Shown here piece by piece: positions 44,218 to 59,039 of a DNA stretch of 64,000 bases. Source of the DNA: Takakia lepidozioides (taxonomy: Eukaryota; Plantae; Bryophyta); contig CM060733.1 of assembly GCA_030704615.1 (NCBI GenBank), forward strand, positions 47,988,001 through 48,052,000. Direction: 5' to 3'. A program made the translations under genes and the position numbers. The stretch's first letter is position 1, and every line of letters starts with the position of its first letter. The notes under the pieces are model-generated. The model was not told the origin of the DNA. It did no database searches and saw only the letters and a program-made list of their open reading frames with translations.

Positions 44218-47200
44218 CTACACCGAAGCCAGCTTTGAGAAGGCGAGACGAACATTGTTGTTTTGCAGCTGGCTGGCATGCTTACAAACAAGGGCTTCAG
44301 TTGCTTGTTCCTCATTTTCAAAGAGGACTAGAGCCTGTTTTTTGCCATTGGACTCGAAGACCTTGGCATTGATGACGGTACCATGGGCAGAGAGGTGCGT
44401 TGTAATATCTTCCACCTGCACATCGGCTGGGAGGCTAGATACATGGATCATCTTAGTCGGTGCACAGCAGTAACGATAGTTCTTGGCAGCATTGCGGTTG
44501 AAACGGTTGAGGGGTGATGAAGAGAAGTCTGATGTGTCTGGAGAGGGGTTGATTTGTGCATGCTTGGAGAAGTTTACATCCATACGCTTCCCAAACAAGG
44601 TCACTCCCTGGCATTTTCCACACACACAAGAGGGTGAGAAAGGTCAGAGGGCTTGTTTAAATGTATGACCTGCTACGATTGACTGAACATTCAAACGGAA
44701 AAAATAGGGGAGGCACACACCTTGAGGTAATTGAATGCAAGTTCTGCTTGGAAGCCATCTCCCATCTGGATGAGAGCATGATCTGGCTTGTTGTGCAATA
44801 TCTTGATGCGCACAATGTTGCCATAGTTGGAAAACAGGTTGAAGAGTTTCTCAGCATCAATTTTCTGCAATACAGATCAACAATTTGCCTCATCAGATCC
44901 CGCACAGAAAGACAAACCCGAATGCTGGCCCTACACAACACGTGTTATCATCGAACCTTATCTACTGTCATCCATCCATGACAGCTGCTCCAATAGTATT
45001 ACTCTTCCATTTCCAAACTTCAGGCGTTTTCTGGTGACTAATGCAACTGGTAAATCTTGGCTCGAATGTCAATTTATAGGTCCTGCAAGGCAGTTCTGGT
45101 GCCAGCACTAGCTTATGGCAGCTGGGGAAACCCATGCATATGATTCATAATGCCCAGCAAACAAGTCTTCTTTGTGCATCATCACAGAGAAGCTAACTGC
45201 ATAAGTTCATATTGCCTCCACAAACAAGTTCAAAAGGAAGCTGAGTTAAGGTGACAACAAGTGCGAGTCAGCCAAAGGTTGGAGTCAAATGGTGAACATT
45301 CAAAGAGCACTCTCAAAGTCTGATGAATTGCCGAGTCTCCCATTACAGAAGCTGAGTGAAATTGCCAACAAGAGTGACTCAACAAGAGGTTGAAGTCAAA
45401 TGGTAAAACTTGGAAGAGCGGGATATAAAGTAAGATGAATCTTACGTCAGGAGAGAGATTGGAGACCAGAAGAGTGCTTCTATCATTGGTGCCTGTGATA
45501 CCAGGGGGCAGAACTCCCCCAAAAGCTGCAGCTGCTGCAGATGCTCCTCCCATTTGAACCTGACAAACATACGAACCCCATTACCCAACATACACCCACC
45601 ATGCATTTTTGCATCGGCAAGGACACAGTCATTCCCATACATAGTGAAAAAAACTGCAAGATGCGATAGATCAACAAACGAAGACGTGAAATGCCCTAAA
45701 ATAGCTCAGGAGTGTGATCGACATTGACAACTTCGCAGAAGGACCAAACCAATTGATTTCATGCAAATCATCCATCAGCGACTATACCTGATAGGAATTG
45801 AGGCCAAGCTGGGGAGGACCTCCTGACTGCTGGAAGCCTACACATCAGATGTGTGTGTGTCAGGTAAGCTAGAACCAATCCTCCTGAGAGGAGACATTGG
45901 AACCTTAACGCAATGTTGACATAGCTATGCAAGGGGACCTGAAAACATGGCATCTGAGGGAACCTGATCCAAGGCTGTATGTGCAAATTACACAGTATTG
46001 AAAGGGGTCTGTACACAGACAGAATCAACTCTAATGCCAAGACACTCCCAAACAATACAAAACTTCTGAGTCATGAGTAAAAAGCATACCAGGTCTAGGT
46101 CCACCGGGCTGCATATTGTAGAGGTTGCCACCCTCTCCAAAGAGTGAGGACTGCAGCAAGGAAACCCCCTGTTAGACGTACAGAAGGGCCACATCCCACA
46201 CAAAGTTATTGTCAGTGCGAATCACATGACATTGGGCTGTAAACACCCAAAGCTTCACAATCCATAAAATGAAACCTTGCCAACAAAATACTGAAAAAGA
46301 CTAAGTGCATACCAACAACAATACATACAGTTAGGGTTGGAGTATAAGGTACCACAGACAACAAAACAACCAACACAGACAAGTCTCAAGCTAGTATGGA
46401 AACGTACATTAGTAGCTACAAGTAAATTCAACAAATACGACCAGACACCAAAAAGAAACACAAAGAGGATGACATCCATCTTACCAAGCTACAGCCAAAT
46501 TCTAAACTCAATTCTGCTCATTCGTCCGAGCTATTACAGATAGGTAACGGCAAGGCAAACACACAAGTGACTAGAGCTGGACTAAAAAAGAGGAACATAC
46601 CATGATATTGTTGTTACCGTGATTGCCACCTGGCCGTACTTGCTCAGAAGGGAGTGTTGCATTAGTGAAGTCCCTGCAGTTTTGGAAACTTACAAAGTTA
46701 GTAATGTACATAGACCCACGTCACCACAGGACACACCTATTCATGAAACCCAAGCGAGCTTCAGCTCAATTCTGTATTGATGATGGGCCATGAACAAGGG
46801 TTTCTAAGAGCATTCCAACCTTCTTGGGACGCCTAATGAATACAAGGAAAATGATGAACTTAAGAGAATGCATGGACCTCATATGCACGCAGGAAAACAG
46901 AGAGTCTCATGAAGAAGGAACCAAATTTGAATGTCATTTCCTGTTCCCTTCACTAAGGCACAAAGTGTGAAGTATGCCAGTGAACCTTTGGCAGTCAACA
47001 CTTTGGGCCTGAAATCCAATAATAGATTGAGCCAAAGTAGCCATCACACCATTACATTTGACATTTTGCATCAAATGTTGAATAGCGACGAGCATTTGCA
47101 TCCCAAAAACCTAAATAGGATAGGAACCTTGCCACAAACATTACCTTGTCCGCTCATTGTTGTAGTTCACCTGGAGTTCCTGCAGGCTGGTAAATGATAC

Positions 47201-50008
47201 ATGAAAGAGGTAAATTAGCGTATTGGTCGAACATTCAAGGATCTGAATCCCTCACACACGTGAATATCAGAATAGTTCTTCATTAGGAGTATCACAGGCA
47301 TTTACTGTCACACAACACAGCAAGACTCAATTTGAATGATGGCAAATCCTCTTAAAAATGTACATGAACATGTAAAACCCATCTCAAAACACTGCCAACA
47401 AGAAGGGACCTCAGATGTGGGACTCACTTGGAGAACTGAATGTCTAGGGTACAGCAGCCATCGTAGATGTTCCGGCCCTGAAGAGCAAAGCAACCTGCAC
47501 GTTAGATTGACAGACCACAGTAACACAGGCTCTTCAAGAGAGATAGACATCCCATGGGCATCACTCACCTGCAGTGTGTTCCTGGCTTGTGAGGCACTCT
47601 GCTGGGATGAATACTGCAGCAATGCTTGGAGCCCTGCAAAAAACCATCACAGGATGTACTAACGACATCAAACATTAATACAGATTTCAACAGAAGAAAT
47701 GCGTACTGGAAAGCCTACCATCTTCCCACAAAATGGCAAACAGAAGAGTTATGAAATGGTTTGACAGTATTGCTTACTCTCCTTGACGTGAAAATCATGT
47801 TTTTGGAGGAGTTGGACCTTACGGGAAACTCCATGGTTTGACAAGGGCTGAAAGAAATTTCTTGGTGTCTATTTTCAACATATGTTGATTTATCAGAAAC
47901 AGACTTGCAGTCTTGTCTGCAAGACCATATGAAGGGAGAACAATATTTCAACTCCATTCCAAGGGGCAGTACTTCCTGATCAGATTGTGGTGTTCACAGA
48001 CAACCATGGTAACCAACAAAATTTGGGGGTTACTTGTTATAGGACAGTCTCAGCTGATGCAGCACTGCAAATGATGCTAGGTCAAGCCCTCTGAACCTGC
48101 ACACACCAGGGACTGACTGCTGCTAATCATATACACCACGTACAGTAGTATGGTGAGAGAAGGAACGAAGCATAGAGAGTACACACGGAAAGAGAGAGGA
48201 GAGACAAAGAAAGAAGCTGACCAGCTGACTTCTGGAAGGTGACGATCTTCTCCACAAAGCCATGAGGGGAAAACACTTGGTGCAGCACATCCACGGTGAT
48301 AGGATAGAGCGGGTTGTGAATGGTAATTAAGAGAATTCGGTTGGGCTGGAGTTCCTGAAGAAGGTCCGCAGCAGAGACGAATCCCCCCAACATGGGAGAA
48401 AAGAAAGAGAGAGACAGAAGTGAGAGAGAAGCAAGGAAGAAGGTAAGCCAAACAGAGAGGCAGAAAGAGCACCCTCCAGAAGACCAGATGAAAGACAGAC
48501 AGGGAGAACGAAAGAAGAGGTGGAATATCAGAGAACACAAACTTGCATACATTATGTTAGCAAGACTCTCACCTGTTCTGCGGGCATACGCCTTGGTTGC
48601 CCGGGCTGATCCATGGTGGTAAGTTCCTGATGAGATGAGAACTGCATGTATACATTTCTCCCCCTGCATGTACAAACATTGAAGCAAACCCACAAAGATG
48701 AGCACTAATTTGGTGTCAACAACCCCTTGACATGGGTCTTGACATGGGGGACTAACAAATAGCAGCTGCTAGTACCCTTACAAGAGAGCAGATATTGGGG
48801 ATTCCATATAGATAATTATGGAGGCAAGACTACCGGGGCATATGCTACTTGTGTGGCTGATTCTGGTTGCTGCTAGTTGAAAATTTTGTTGAGAGGTACA
48901 TGCTAGTGGGCTACTATGGGGGCCCAAATATGAATGGTTTCTCCAAGTGGTAGTAAAACATTTAAATGACTTCCATACCTATTATCTATAAAAACTGCAG
49001 TGACTAAGAGATAGACTGCAGAATGGCAAGGAGACAATAATTAATTACATCTGAATGAAAGACTAGTGGTTTGTAAGCACAAGACACAGGTAATAACATT
49101 CCAACCTTATAGGGTTATTTGATACATTTTCCACTCACACCCAACAGAATTCATGTCCATGTTCCATCAGATGTGCTGTTCAGTGACATCCCTTCCCCTA
49201 AATTCTAATGTTTTCCTTATGAAAATTCTCAAATGAACAGAAACTGCAAACCACCACAACTGGTTTTCAGTCTGCCAAGAAAACTCTCAGAGGAAGCCTC
49301 CGAATTACCGAAATTGGAGGGATGAGTTCCAGGTAGGCACACAGAGACACCCAAGGAAATTGAGGAACAGTTCCAAGCCGCACTCACCGCACACTCGGCT
49401 GTACTGTGGAGTAGTACTGCATCACGTTGATGGCAGAAGGAATATCCTGCATCTGAAGAAGAGCCTGCACCAATGCATGACCAGCTTCTGTGAAACTCTG
49501 AGCTTTTGTCTAGTCATGGTTCCAAAATGAGTGCAATGTACTCGAAATATGACATCCCCCATAACTTTAAAAACTCTTTTCTGACTGAGGCATCTCCTAC
49601 AGCTTGCAGGGTAAAATCTGGAACTATAAGGTAGCTATGGATGACAGCCAGAAATCTGACTTGATTTTTTGCTCGCAGCATGACAACTTTCTGTACGACC
49701 CCAAAGGACTGCGCAAGCTGAAGAAGATCATGCTGCAATAAGGAACAACGGATACAAGACTGTTAGATTTGTGAGCTACACATGTGCACTCTTATTTGTC
49801 GAATAACGTGTTCTGCACAGAACATCTGAATGAACTGCTTGGTTAACAGGCTAACCAACTATGCACAGAGAGATGCACAACACAGCGAGATCACATTGCA
49901 CAGAGCACAACATGATATTAAATAATGTTCTCTTCTGCTGCACTCACTTACCTCAGAAATCTCAGGACCGACATTTCGGATGTGAAGCACTTTCGATGGC
50001 TCCGTCAT
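44218..50008 (-). CDS. PTB3: Polypyrimidine tract-binding protein, PTB3-like (four RRMs, multi-exon; 5' UTR probably extends to ~51700)
   Basis: Exons MTEPSKVLHIRNVGPEISE (ATG 50008), HDLLQLAQSFGVVQKVVMLRAKNQ, PNRILLITIHNPLYPITVDVLHQVFSPHGFVEKIVTFQKSAG, GITGTNDRSTLLVSNL and NRFNRNAAKNYRYCCAPTKMIHVSSLP..RLAFSKLASV*. Confidence 0.92.
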
Positions 50009-53000
50009 CTTGAGGTTTTGGTATGCCACTGACCACACACAAATTACATACTCAGTGAAGAGGTAATTGTCCTACGTAACTGTCCTAAGATCCTACAAAG
50101 CCCTTCACCAAGTTAAATACATTAAAAGTAAGCAACTTCCAGGGTCATAGTATCAAAAAGCACATGAAGTGACCATCTTATGACATACAAACTAGAAAAA
50201 TCCAGAGGCTTATGTCACATGCAATGTGCAAGTGGATGACGAAACTCGAACAATAGTTCTTATCTCTGGCTCTGGTTTCCTGTTTTCTCTCTCATGTTTT
50301 CTTTCCATTTTGTCCCATAAGCATGGAACAAATGAAACAAAACAAGTACAGAGGTCCTGAGGGCTTATGTCATGAGCCAAGCCTTCAGCGCCTGAGGATT
50401 GGGTGCTGCTTGACACAAGAAAAAAAGACACGGAAGCAATCAGAATTCCCCAAATGGTCATACCACAGCTTGCATGTGCGAATAAGCATTAGCTTAAGCA
50501 CAAATTTACATCCAGAGAATCATGATCGCATGGAGTGTGGTTCTCAATGTGTGCTAGAAATGATAGGTTTTGCCAGCTTAATGAATTGTGGTCAACATAC
50601 TATAAAGGTGAAACACTGCATCCCCTGTGGAGAAAGAAACGGGCATTCCTCTGGAACATATCTACTTTCCCAAACCTGCCATGTGACAATCACAACAACA
50701 AAAAAGGGGACCCAATGCCATGCAAAGTTGTCCGCCAGGAATGTCGATACATAAGTGGCAACAGAACTCTTGAGTTTTTCTACTCTAAGGGCGAATCCTA
50801 TGTGAAAGGAAGGTGTATAGGGTGGCTCACTGACAGATATGGAACATTGCTCTTATGGTGGTCGTCGTGACAGACAGATTTAAGAGAAAGCGTGGAAATA
50901 CCCATTTTCACCACTGGAAAAAAAGGAGTTGGAATGCAACATTGACTGTGGTACATCCAAAACGCCAACCATAGACTAGGAAAGCTACGAAGTCAATCGA
51001 CGTGCAGGAACAGGAAGATGTCCCAGGACTGCGGGCAGCTACTTACAGAAACCAAAATTTTCGCTCTGAAAACAGTAAAACGGGAGAAGGAAAACCCGAA
51101 CTTGGAGAACTCCGTATTAAAAAAATCCTAACAAAACACACGACTATGGCAGTTTGCCCACAGCTCATTCAGAGACTCCGGGTAACTGGGTGGATTAAGA
51201 TCACCACCGCCTCTTTCCCAGCGACTTGTTTCTCTTCGACTGCAAGAAACAGATAGTCCAGTATAGAAGGAAGAGGGAAGCAAGGTGCAACTTAGCAGTC
51301 CAAGTGTACCTGAAAAACGGCGGTTGCACGAAGGTGGCCCTCGGGCACTGGCTCGTACGCTTTGGTCGCTTACGCAAATCACTTGACGCTCCAGAAGCGT
51401 GTTGCCGCAGCAAAAAAGAAACCCCAGGAATGCCACCCAAAAATAAACAAGAAGAAGAGAAGCAACAAACGAACAGAGAAAGTGCGTCGGAGCCACAGAG
51501 GCGAAAATAGACACGGACAGAAATGGAAAGAGAACCGAAGAAGCAGATTTCGAAAAAATGTAAAAGGAGAAAATACGGGGACGCAGCTAGGGAGAGAGAT
51601 GGAGAGAGGAGAGAGAGGAGGATAGAAGAGAGGAGAGGAGAGGAGAGGAAGGGAGGAACGCAGCACAACACAGCGATGGCGAGAGAGAGAGGGAAGTCTG
51701 TGCGAGAACGCAGCAGCAGCTTTGCTGTCTCCCTCATCCACGCTCAACACCGTCCGATCGGGGCTGTATCCTCCATCGGACGGTCCACACTGCAGTCTTT
51801 TGCTCGGGCGTAACGCGCTCTACAGCGAGGAACCGGTGGATTATTCCACAAACCGGCGCCCGGCCTCATTATCCTCCGGATATTACCGTGTGTACAACTG
51901 TTTTCATTGTCTGTCCTTCGGTCTGTACATGTAACTCCCAGATGTAGGCTTTACCCGGGGGGGTTCAGGCCTGCGGTGGTGAGTGCGCCCCATGGGCAAC
52001 TGTTTTCAGGTCCTCTCTTTGTGTCCAACGAAGTGAGCTTCTCGCTTTGAGGTGATTGTTTGTTTGTTTGTGTGAGAATGTGCGGCCCCACTGTCCCATC
52101 TTCGTCGCAATCAGCCACTCCCACAGCGATCGTCTCACTTTTGCGTGTACTTTGGAGGCCCATCGCCCGTTGACGCATCAACATTGCATCGCTGAGGTAG
52201 GCCCCATGGGTTGTTGGAAGATGACGCTCGAAAGCAGCTTGTTCCACGACAATCTTTGAGTCGTTTCGGTGGGTTGTCTTCTTCGCTGTGTGATCGTGGA
52301 TTGAGGAAGCTCCCATGTTTTAGTTTTATGTGAAGTATGTGTGTCCTTTCCTGGCACCAGAGTTGGAATGGAGAGTTTGAATGGGAAATTTGGTCGATTG
52401 TCAAGGAAAGAGAATGACGCCTCCAGCCACACACCACACCGTGATGTAATGATCGACAGAGCTGTGCTGTTGGTCTAGGTGGGCACTCTCCTTGCGCTAG
52501 TTCCAGCTTACAGTAGCTTAGGAATCAAGGAGAAATGTTTTGCATGCTGTCATGCAGCCATTCTCTCTGATAATACTTAGGCAACGTGGATAGTGTGATA
52601 GTTTTGTTGTACACCCTCAAGATCGCTGGAAACTTTTCGTCCACGGTTAACTTGGTTCCCATGATTCAGCCACCACGAGAAGCCTTTCAGAATGTGAGAG
52701 AGAATGTACTCATAAGACATTGTTTGCAATAGCCTTGTGGCCAGTGACCCCACGCCCAGAATGTGAGAGACACACCATGAAAGTGGACAAACTAATGGTG
52801 GTCATGGCACCCACCTCAGACTGCTTTATTGAGAGTTAGTTCAAAGAAATGGTGTGGTCGACCTCCTTGATGTTACATTAGAGACACACGATGTGTTGCA
52901 AATGAACCACCAATCATGGTGGGGCAGATTCTGGTTTGTTCACAATACTGTTGCATATCAACAAAAGAAAACTGGCAATGAGAACCAAATAGCAGCTCAA

Positions 53001-53466
53001 ATCTCGACAGTCCAAATCTTTCTAGCCAGAGGGTATTCAGAAAATTTAATGCTCTGAAGTTGCACAGGTGCTGAAGCCTTATGGCCGAAAATGACCGTGC
53101 TCACAGAATAATACATTTCTTTTTCGCTACGCCTTGGGAGAACCAGCCCAGCTGGTCACACAGCTTAGACACATCAGCTTTCCTCTACTTGGTCTGTGTT
53201 GGAAACAAGTTTGGTATTCAGAGTTGGACTTGCCCAAGTCCTCTGATATTCGGCGGGGGCAACTATCTCTGCGCGAAAGGATCTTTTCCCAGGTCCTCAC
53301 AACAATGTCTGAATTAATCTTAAACATAAGCCATCAGAAATTGCACAATTTTTTAAGAGAAATACCTCTTCCAAAAAAAAAAAAAAACCTCATGGATGGT
53401 TGTCCCTGGCAGCCTGAGAGATTGCAAAGAGTGGAAGAGAGGCAAGGGCATAGTGCAAAGCCCATC

Positions 53467-56400
53467 CTACTGCGCTTTTACCTCTTCTCTAGCCACCACA
53501 AAGTCGGGGTAGTTACGATCGTTCAGTGAATGTAGCCACATAGCCATAGTGCCATCTTTAGCTTCTGTTGATGCAATATGAGAGTAGATTACATTGCGCT
53601 TAAACTCACTGATCTCCTCTTCATGCCCCTTTTGCGACACTTCCTCGTGAGTCTCCATGAACTTAGTGTTGTAGGCTGAATAAATGCATTCATCCAAGAA
53701 AAGGCCAAGCTCAGGCGCCATTGGCACATTCACATTCGTGTCTCTGGCATGCACACACATAATGCTTTCGTTAGCACTAGATGCAGGACAACTGCATTCT
53801 TAATCAAAATTGCATGTCTGTAAATATATTCCATGGGTGATGGATTGTTCCGACAACTGTCCCTAAAGCTCTGACCACTAAACCTAGCCTGAGCGTGTTA
53901 CTGGATTGCATGGTCAATATGTTATTATATTTTCCTGGCACCCCACATTATGCCCGACTGCAGCTAGGAGGCTATAGCTTCCATTACCATTTTCACAGCT
54001 GTCTGAGAATGAGATATTCAAAAACCTCAAAAAGCTAGAAGTTGGAGACTAGAAGTTTCACAAGTGTTCACTTTCCCTTGTGGACATCAGCAAGGAAGGC
54101 ACTGCTGCAAGGCACTTGTCCCAACAGCAGTTTCTGACTCCACCATGTTTCCAGCAATGAACAGGTAGAGAGATTATGCCACATAACAATCTGCGTTATA
54201 ATTTCACAAACATTTTCAAAGGAGTGCAAATTCTCTGTACTCGTGCACCACTGCCCTCTACTTAAAAGGATATTGGTCTAGGGAGCCAAACGACAGAAAA
54301 AAATAAATGTGTAGATACCTTCTTAGAGCAGTGTCAATGATGGAGTCAGGGGCACATCCACGCATAATAGCAATAGCCATCCCAATCATTTTACGGATCT
54401 GATGCAGCATGAAGCTCTGGCCTAAGACCGTGCATCGGACAAATTGCATGCCTGCCACCTCAATAATTTCGTGTGCCTCAAAAGACAAAATATACCTCTT
54501 CGCACTTGGGTCTTCAGCCTTCATACGAGCTGTAAAGTTGTGGAAATTGTGGGTGCCCACATACTTGCCCAAAATTGAATTCATGCGTTTCAACTCTTCC
54601 TCTCCAAATGTGAATTTTGTATTCTCAGTGATCTCTTCTGAGGGAGTGTCAGCGTTGTCTTCGACATTGGTGGGATCATTGCTGTCCTCCACCGTTTCGG
54701 CAAAACTGTTGCTTGTTCCTTCCAAAGGGATGGAAACTTCTTGGTCTTTCTTGATCGGGTCGATCTCTCCTTTAGCTTGAGGGGATGCGAATAGTTGCCC
54801 TTCACTATGACCAACAATCTCCATACCTGCCTCCGTGAAAAGCTTGGGAAGAGAGTATCCTGCAAATCCATAAACTTGAATGATTTCCAGTCCAATACAA
54901 AATAGCAGCAACACAGAACTTAACCAGCTGGGCTAGTGCATCCTGTGAGGAGGTTAGAGCTTTTTAACTGACACTTACAGTCTGCCAAATTTGTTTACTC
55001 CCATTTGGTAAGGGGTGAGGCAAGCCAATGGATCAGAAGGGACAAGCTTGTCCAGGGCACATCTAAATCCAAGACGACCTACAGTACGGGCCTTGTACAC
55101 TGACCAACTTGGTTAGCAGGTCAGCCTTGCCTCTCGTTTGCTTTGCGGAAACTGTGTTCAGTTAGTATTGGTTCAGGAAATGATTCGTTATCCTGGCCTT
55201 ACCATCAGTGACGATCTGGGCACTAGTCTTTGTGACACCCTTGGCAACGTCCCCTTCAACTCCATTGGGACTGCTCCCTGACTTCTCTTCACCTTCACTC
55301 ACAACAGTGAGCAATTGCTCTGGGACAAGCCCACCAACTTGACCACTCTCCTTGCCAGAATCTGCATCTTTCTTCTCCATTGCTTTCTTTGCCCTCTCTC
55401 TCTTCTCTGCTTCTCTTTTCTCTGTCCAAGCTAAGACTGTCTCTCTGTCATGATGAGCATTTGGATCAAAAGCAAACACTGGAATAATATACTCATATCT
55501 TCGGCGATCACACATTTGCCTGGCATTGAAATTGTGTGTCGCTCGCTTGTATCCCAGGATTCGTATCTCTTTAGGCAGATGCTTATTTACCCTCTCGACA
55601 AAACCTGGGGGGTCAATTATTAACCTTCCCGAGACAACCTGGCCCACAGCGCTGACCCCTTTGTCAGTTCGCGCAGCCCGCATCCAATCCACCTTTCTCA
55701 AGTCCCCAAAATTGCACTGGGAGATAGCTTCTGCACGGAAAAGTGCCTGCTCTAAATCCCCTTCAATAGTAATCGCCCCTGGGTTTCTTTGCATGCCTTG
55801 GTAGCCAGCCCCACAATATGCGAGCAACATTGCAACTTTCCGTTTCTTGCCAGGTCGCCCTCCCCCTGGAATATTGGTGCCCTTCTCAACTTTCTTACTT
55901 GTCTCTATGGCAGGTCTGTCTTCAATCATCTCCTCCTTGTCAATACCTGCACAGATGGATCATCAAATGCAGAGATAAGCTGTTGAGGAGAAGAGAATGA
56001 TGTACTCACCATATATTGAAACCTGTGCGATAGCAGTAGTTCTGTAACAGAGATTTGCAGTCAAGATATGAAGCCCTCGTGCACATTCCTTACACATGCC
56101 AGAAGGATAGAATTAATCCTAGTTTCAGCAATGCAGGGAGTTATGAGGTGCCCTGTTTTGTGTCTCCTGAATAGTACATTTATTTGCTTTCAATACCGAT
56201 TGGCTGAAGTGGGCAACATCCTATCAACCAGAGCACTAGCACCGCACTCAGGTTTTGTTCTATGGGAGAGCCGATCAGAAGATCACATGATGGAGCACAA
56301 GCTATGCTACAAAATATTGACCACTGTGACAAAAATGCTGCATCCATCATTTTATGCTGCAGCATTTGCGCTGCAACCTCCTCCCGCATTTACTGGGAGA

Positions 56401-57077
56401 ATATACAAGAAAATAACACCCAGTGCAACAGAACACGGAGCATCATACTTCAATATTCCAACTGTAAGCTGCCAGAGTATAGTCAATGTGACTGCCACAT
56501 TACACGATCATCAAAACAAAGTGATGTCAACGCCTTAAACTCAAACATGTTGTCCAGAAAAATCATACAGGCCTGAACAAACTCAAAATCACACTGCAGC
56601 GGTCTCAAACTCAATTTAAACTGCAATACTAGACCTGAGTGTCCAAGCATGAACTTGCATACCATGTCCTGCTTCAGTCTTGATGTTCGCCTTCTCGATC
56701 GCTTCCACCCCATCTTCCAACGTGGTCTTTGATGTTGGAAGTTCCAGGCCTTTCAAAACATAAGCCTCGAGAATCCCTTCTTCGGGAGACTCTGTATTTA
56801 CAGATTTCAGAGCATTATCGGAGTCGTCGATCAAGCTGTCCCTCTCTACTCTGGCTCTTTTCTTATCTGTCTCTTCCACACCGGGGGAAGTCTCATCTTC
56901 CATTGTAAGATCACCGTCACCAAGTGTAACTTCCTCTTTCTCTGCATTCGAACATCTTGTGTTCTGTACAGCATCCTCTTCCCCTCTCTCTCGTTTCTTT
57001 AATGTAATCTCTACCTGGGCGTCTCCCTCTCTAGCGACATCCACCTCCATATCCCCTCCTTGTTTCACCATCAACAT
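53467..57077 (-). CDS. PUS1: tRNA pseudouridine synthase, TruA/PUS1 family (multi-exon)
   Basis: KVAMLLAYCGAGYQGMQRNP, catalytic RAARTDKGVSA, YVGTHNFHNFT, GQSFMLHQIRKMIG and VPMAPELGLFLDEC. The acidic N-terminal exon 56616-57077 gives an uncertain start. Confidence 0.88.
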
Positions 57078-59039
57078 TCTACAAAACCCAGAAAACCCAT
57101 AAATGGATTTGACCCTATCGACCTAACTCAGACGCATCTCTTTCTTTGATCCCTCTATGTGATGCGGGGAAAGATTCCTGACGTTGCCCATGATGGAGAT
57201 CAAAAAGATAGAATTGACTCAATTTCCAATTGATGCTGCAATTACAAAACGTGTTCTCTTTCCGTGTCCCTATGATCTTGATCTCTCCTTCGTAAACCCT
57301 ATGGATGGTAGTGAATACAGCAGCATACGAGGAATCAGAAAGCAGTTGGAAGATGGTGCTTGGTTAGTACGCTTGGCAATGCATAGATGTTAGTCTTGGG
57401 ATTGCACTCGATTTTCGAGTTTGGGTTTCATCGACTGCCACCTGCACTTCCGCCTCCTCGGTGCAAGTATAAAGAAGTTTGATGTCATTGAGAGGACTTG
57501 GATTTGATGCACGATCAAGATTGGTGTAAAATTAGTGACTGACCTTGACCTTTTTCCAAGTATTCTTTTACCATCCACAATTGTGACTTGCTTCTTCTTC
57601 CAAGATGTTGGCTAGGCGGATGAATTGCCATCTCTCTGCTCTTTCCAGAAAACTGAACAACAATTTGGTGTTACATAATCAAGGATCACCACTGACTCGG
57701 TCATGGAGTCTGGGTTCAGTCTTTGCATTGGCTGCAGGCACTTACTTGCAAGCCACTTAGTCCGTCGTTAAATGAGCAAGGGATGATGAGGTTTTATCTG
57801 CTCCAGAAGTCCTACAAAGAACAAGTCCCAGAAGTTGATGCCTGGAGCACCTCAGGACCTGCAGCTCCCTTTCCAGGCTGAAGATAGATTGAATCGTGTC
57901 CACTTTTATTCACTTACAGACCAACAGGATCGCTCGAGAGATTCATAGCAAGGAACCCAACTTGATCACGTCATTTCTATACACTAAGCCATGGCACACC
58001 ACGTTTGATGATAAAAACCTGTAACACAAAGGATAGTGAAGAAAAGACACTTTATGAGGGATGATATGTTATCACATCAGGGTGGCCTTTGGGGAAAAAA
58101 CCCAATCTTCCACCTCAGACAACAGTAGAAAGTGAAGGCGGTTCTGCACCAAAGAACTGGCTGAACTGCATCATTGCACAGTGCATAAGAGAATCATATC
58201 CAATTTATCACTGAGCAGTCCGCCATTGTTGTCTTGTATTTCCCAGATCAACTTCCTAACTTGAAATTGGGAAAAGACTACTCACAGCTGCCAAGGAGGC
58301 TCACACTCCTTGAGACCTAGCAAAGACAGGAACTAATGAACTGAGTTCGCTACCTTACTGGTTTGCACATAAGTGTTCCCTCCATTAAAAAATTGGGGTA
58401 TTGGACTAAGGAATGCCTCTATTGATTCAAGCATACCAGAGCTCTTGTGCAACTTTAGCAACTGCAAGAACTGCCAAGCTGACCCTGCACCAAGTCAAAA
58501 CGTCAGTCAAACAATCCAACCTCAACAGGATAACTACCAAACTTACTCCATGACAGAAGGGTAGTACTAAATATGAGATCAAATAATTCTGAAAGAAGCT
58601 ACATTCATGCTAATACCACTGGGATTGAAGAGCAGCATCCTCTGTTCATAATACCCTCACCTCAAGAATGGCTCTCATACCAACACAAATATATGAGAAG
58701 GTCCAAAATGAGCATGCAAATTGTACATGCAAGTTTAGAAACACATCGTTGGCAACAAATAGTGTTCAAATAGCTCGGCCCAACATATCTATGCAACCCC
58801 ACTCTATTAGTGACATACCACGTAACAAAAGGCTGGCATAGTGCATTTGCAGCTAAATGTGGGGTTTATGTCTTATAGCAGAGCCAATATAACATAAAAA
58901 AGAACATTATGAGAACTTTGTACTTCACACAAGTATCCCATTGATAAGCTTTCAACCTCCCAGCAAACACAGCATACTACTAGCATCAAGGTGCGGGAGC
59001 TGTACAAAATAGCAACGCGGAGATGTGGTAGATTGTTGC

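Noticed and set aside
51128-51813. Overlapping ORFs of 87-178 aa upstream of PTB
   Set aside because: By-products of GA/CT-rich low-complexity 5' UTR or promoter sequence, with no protein motifs.
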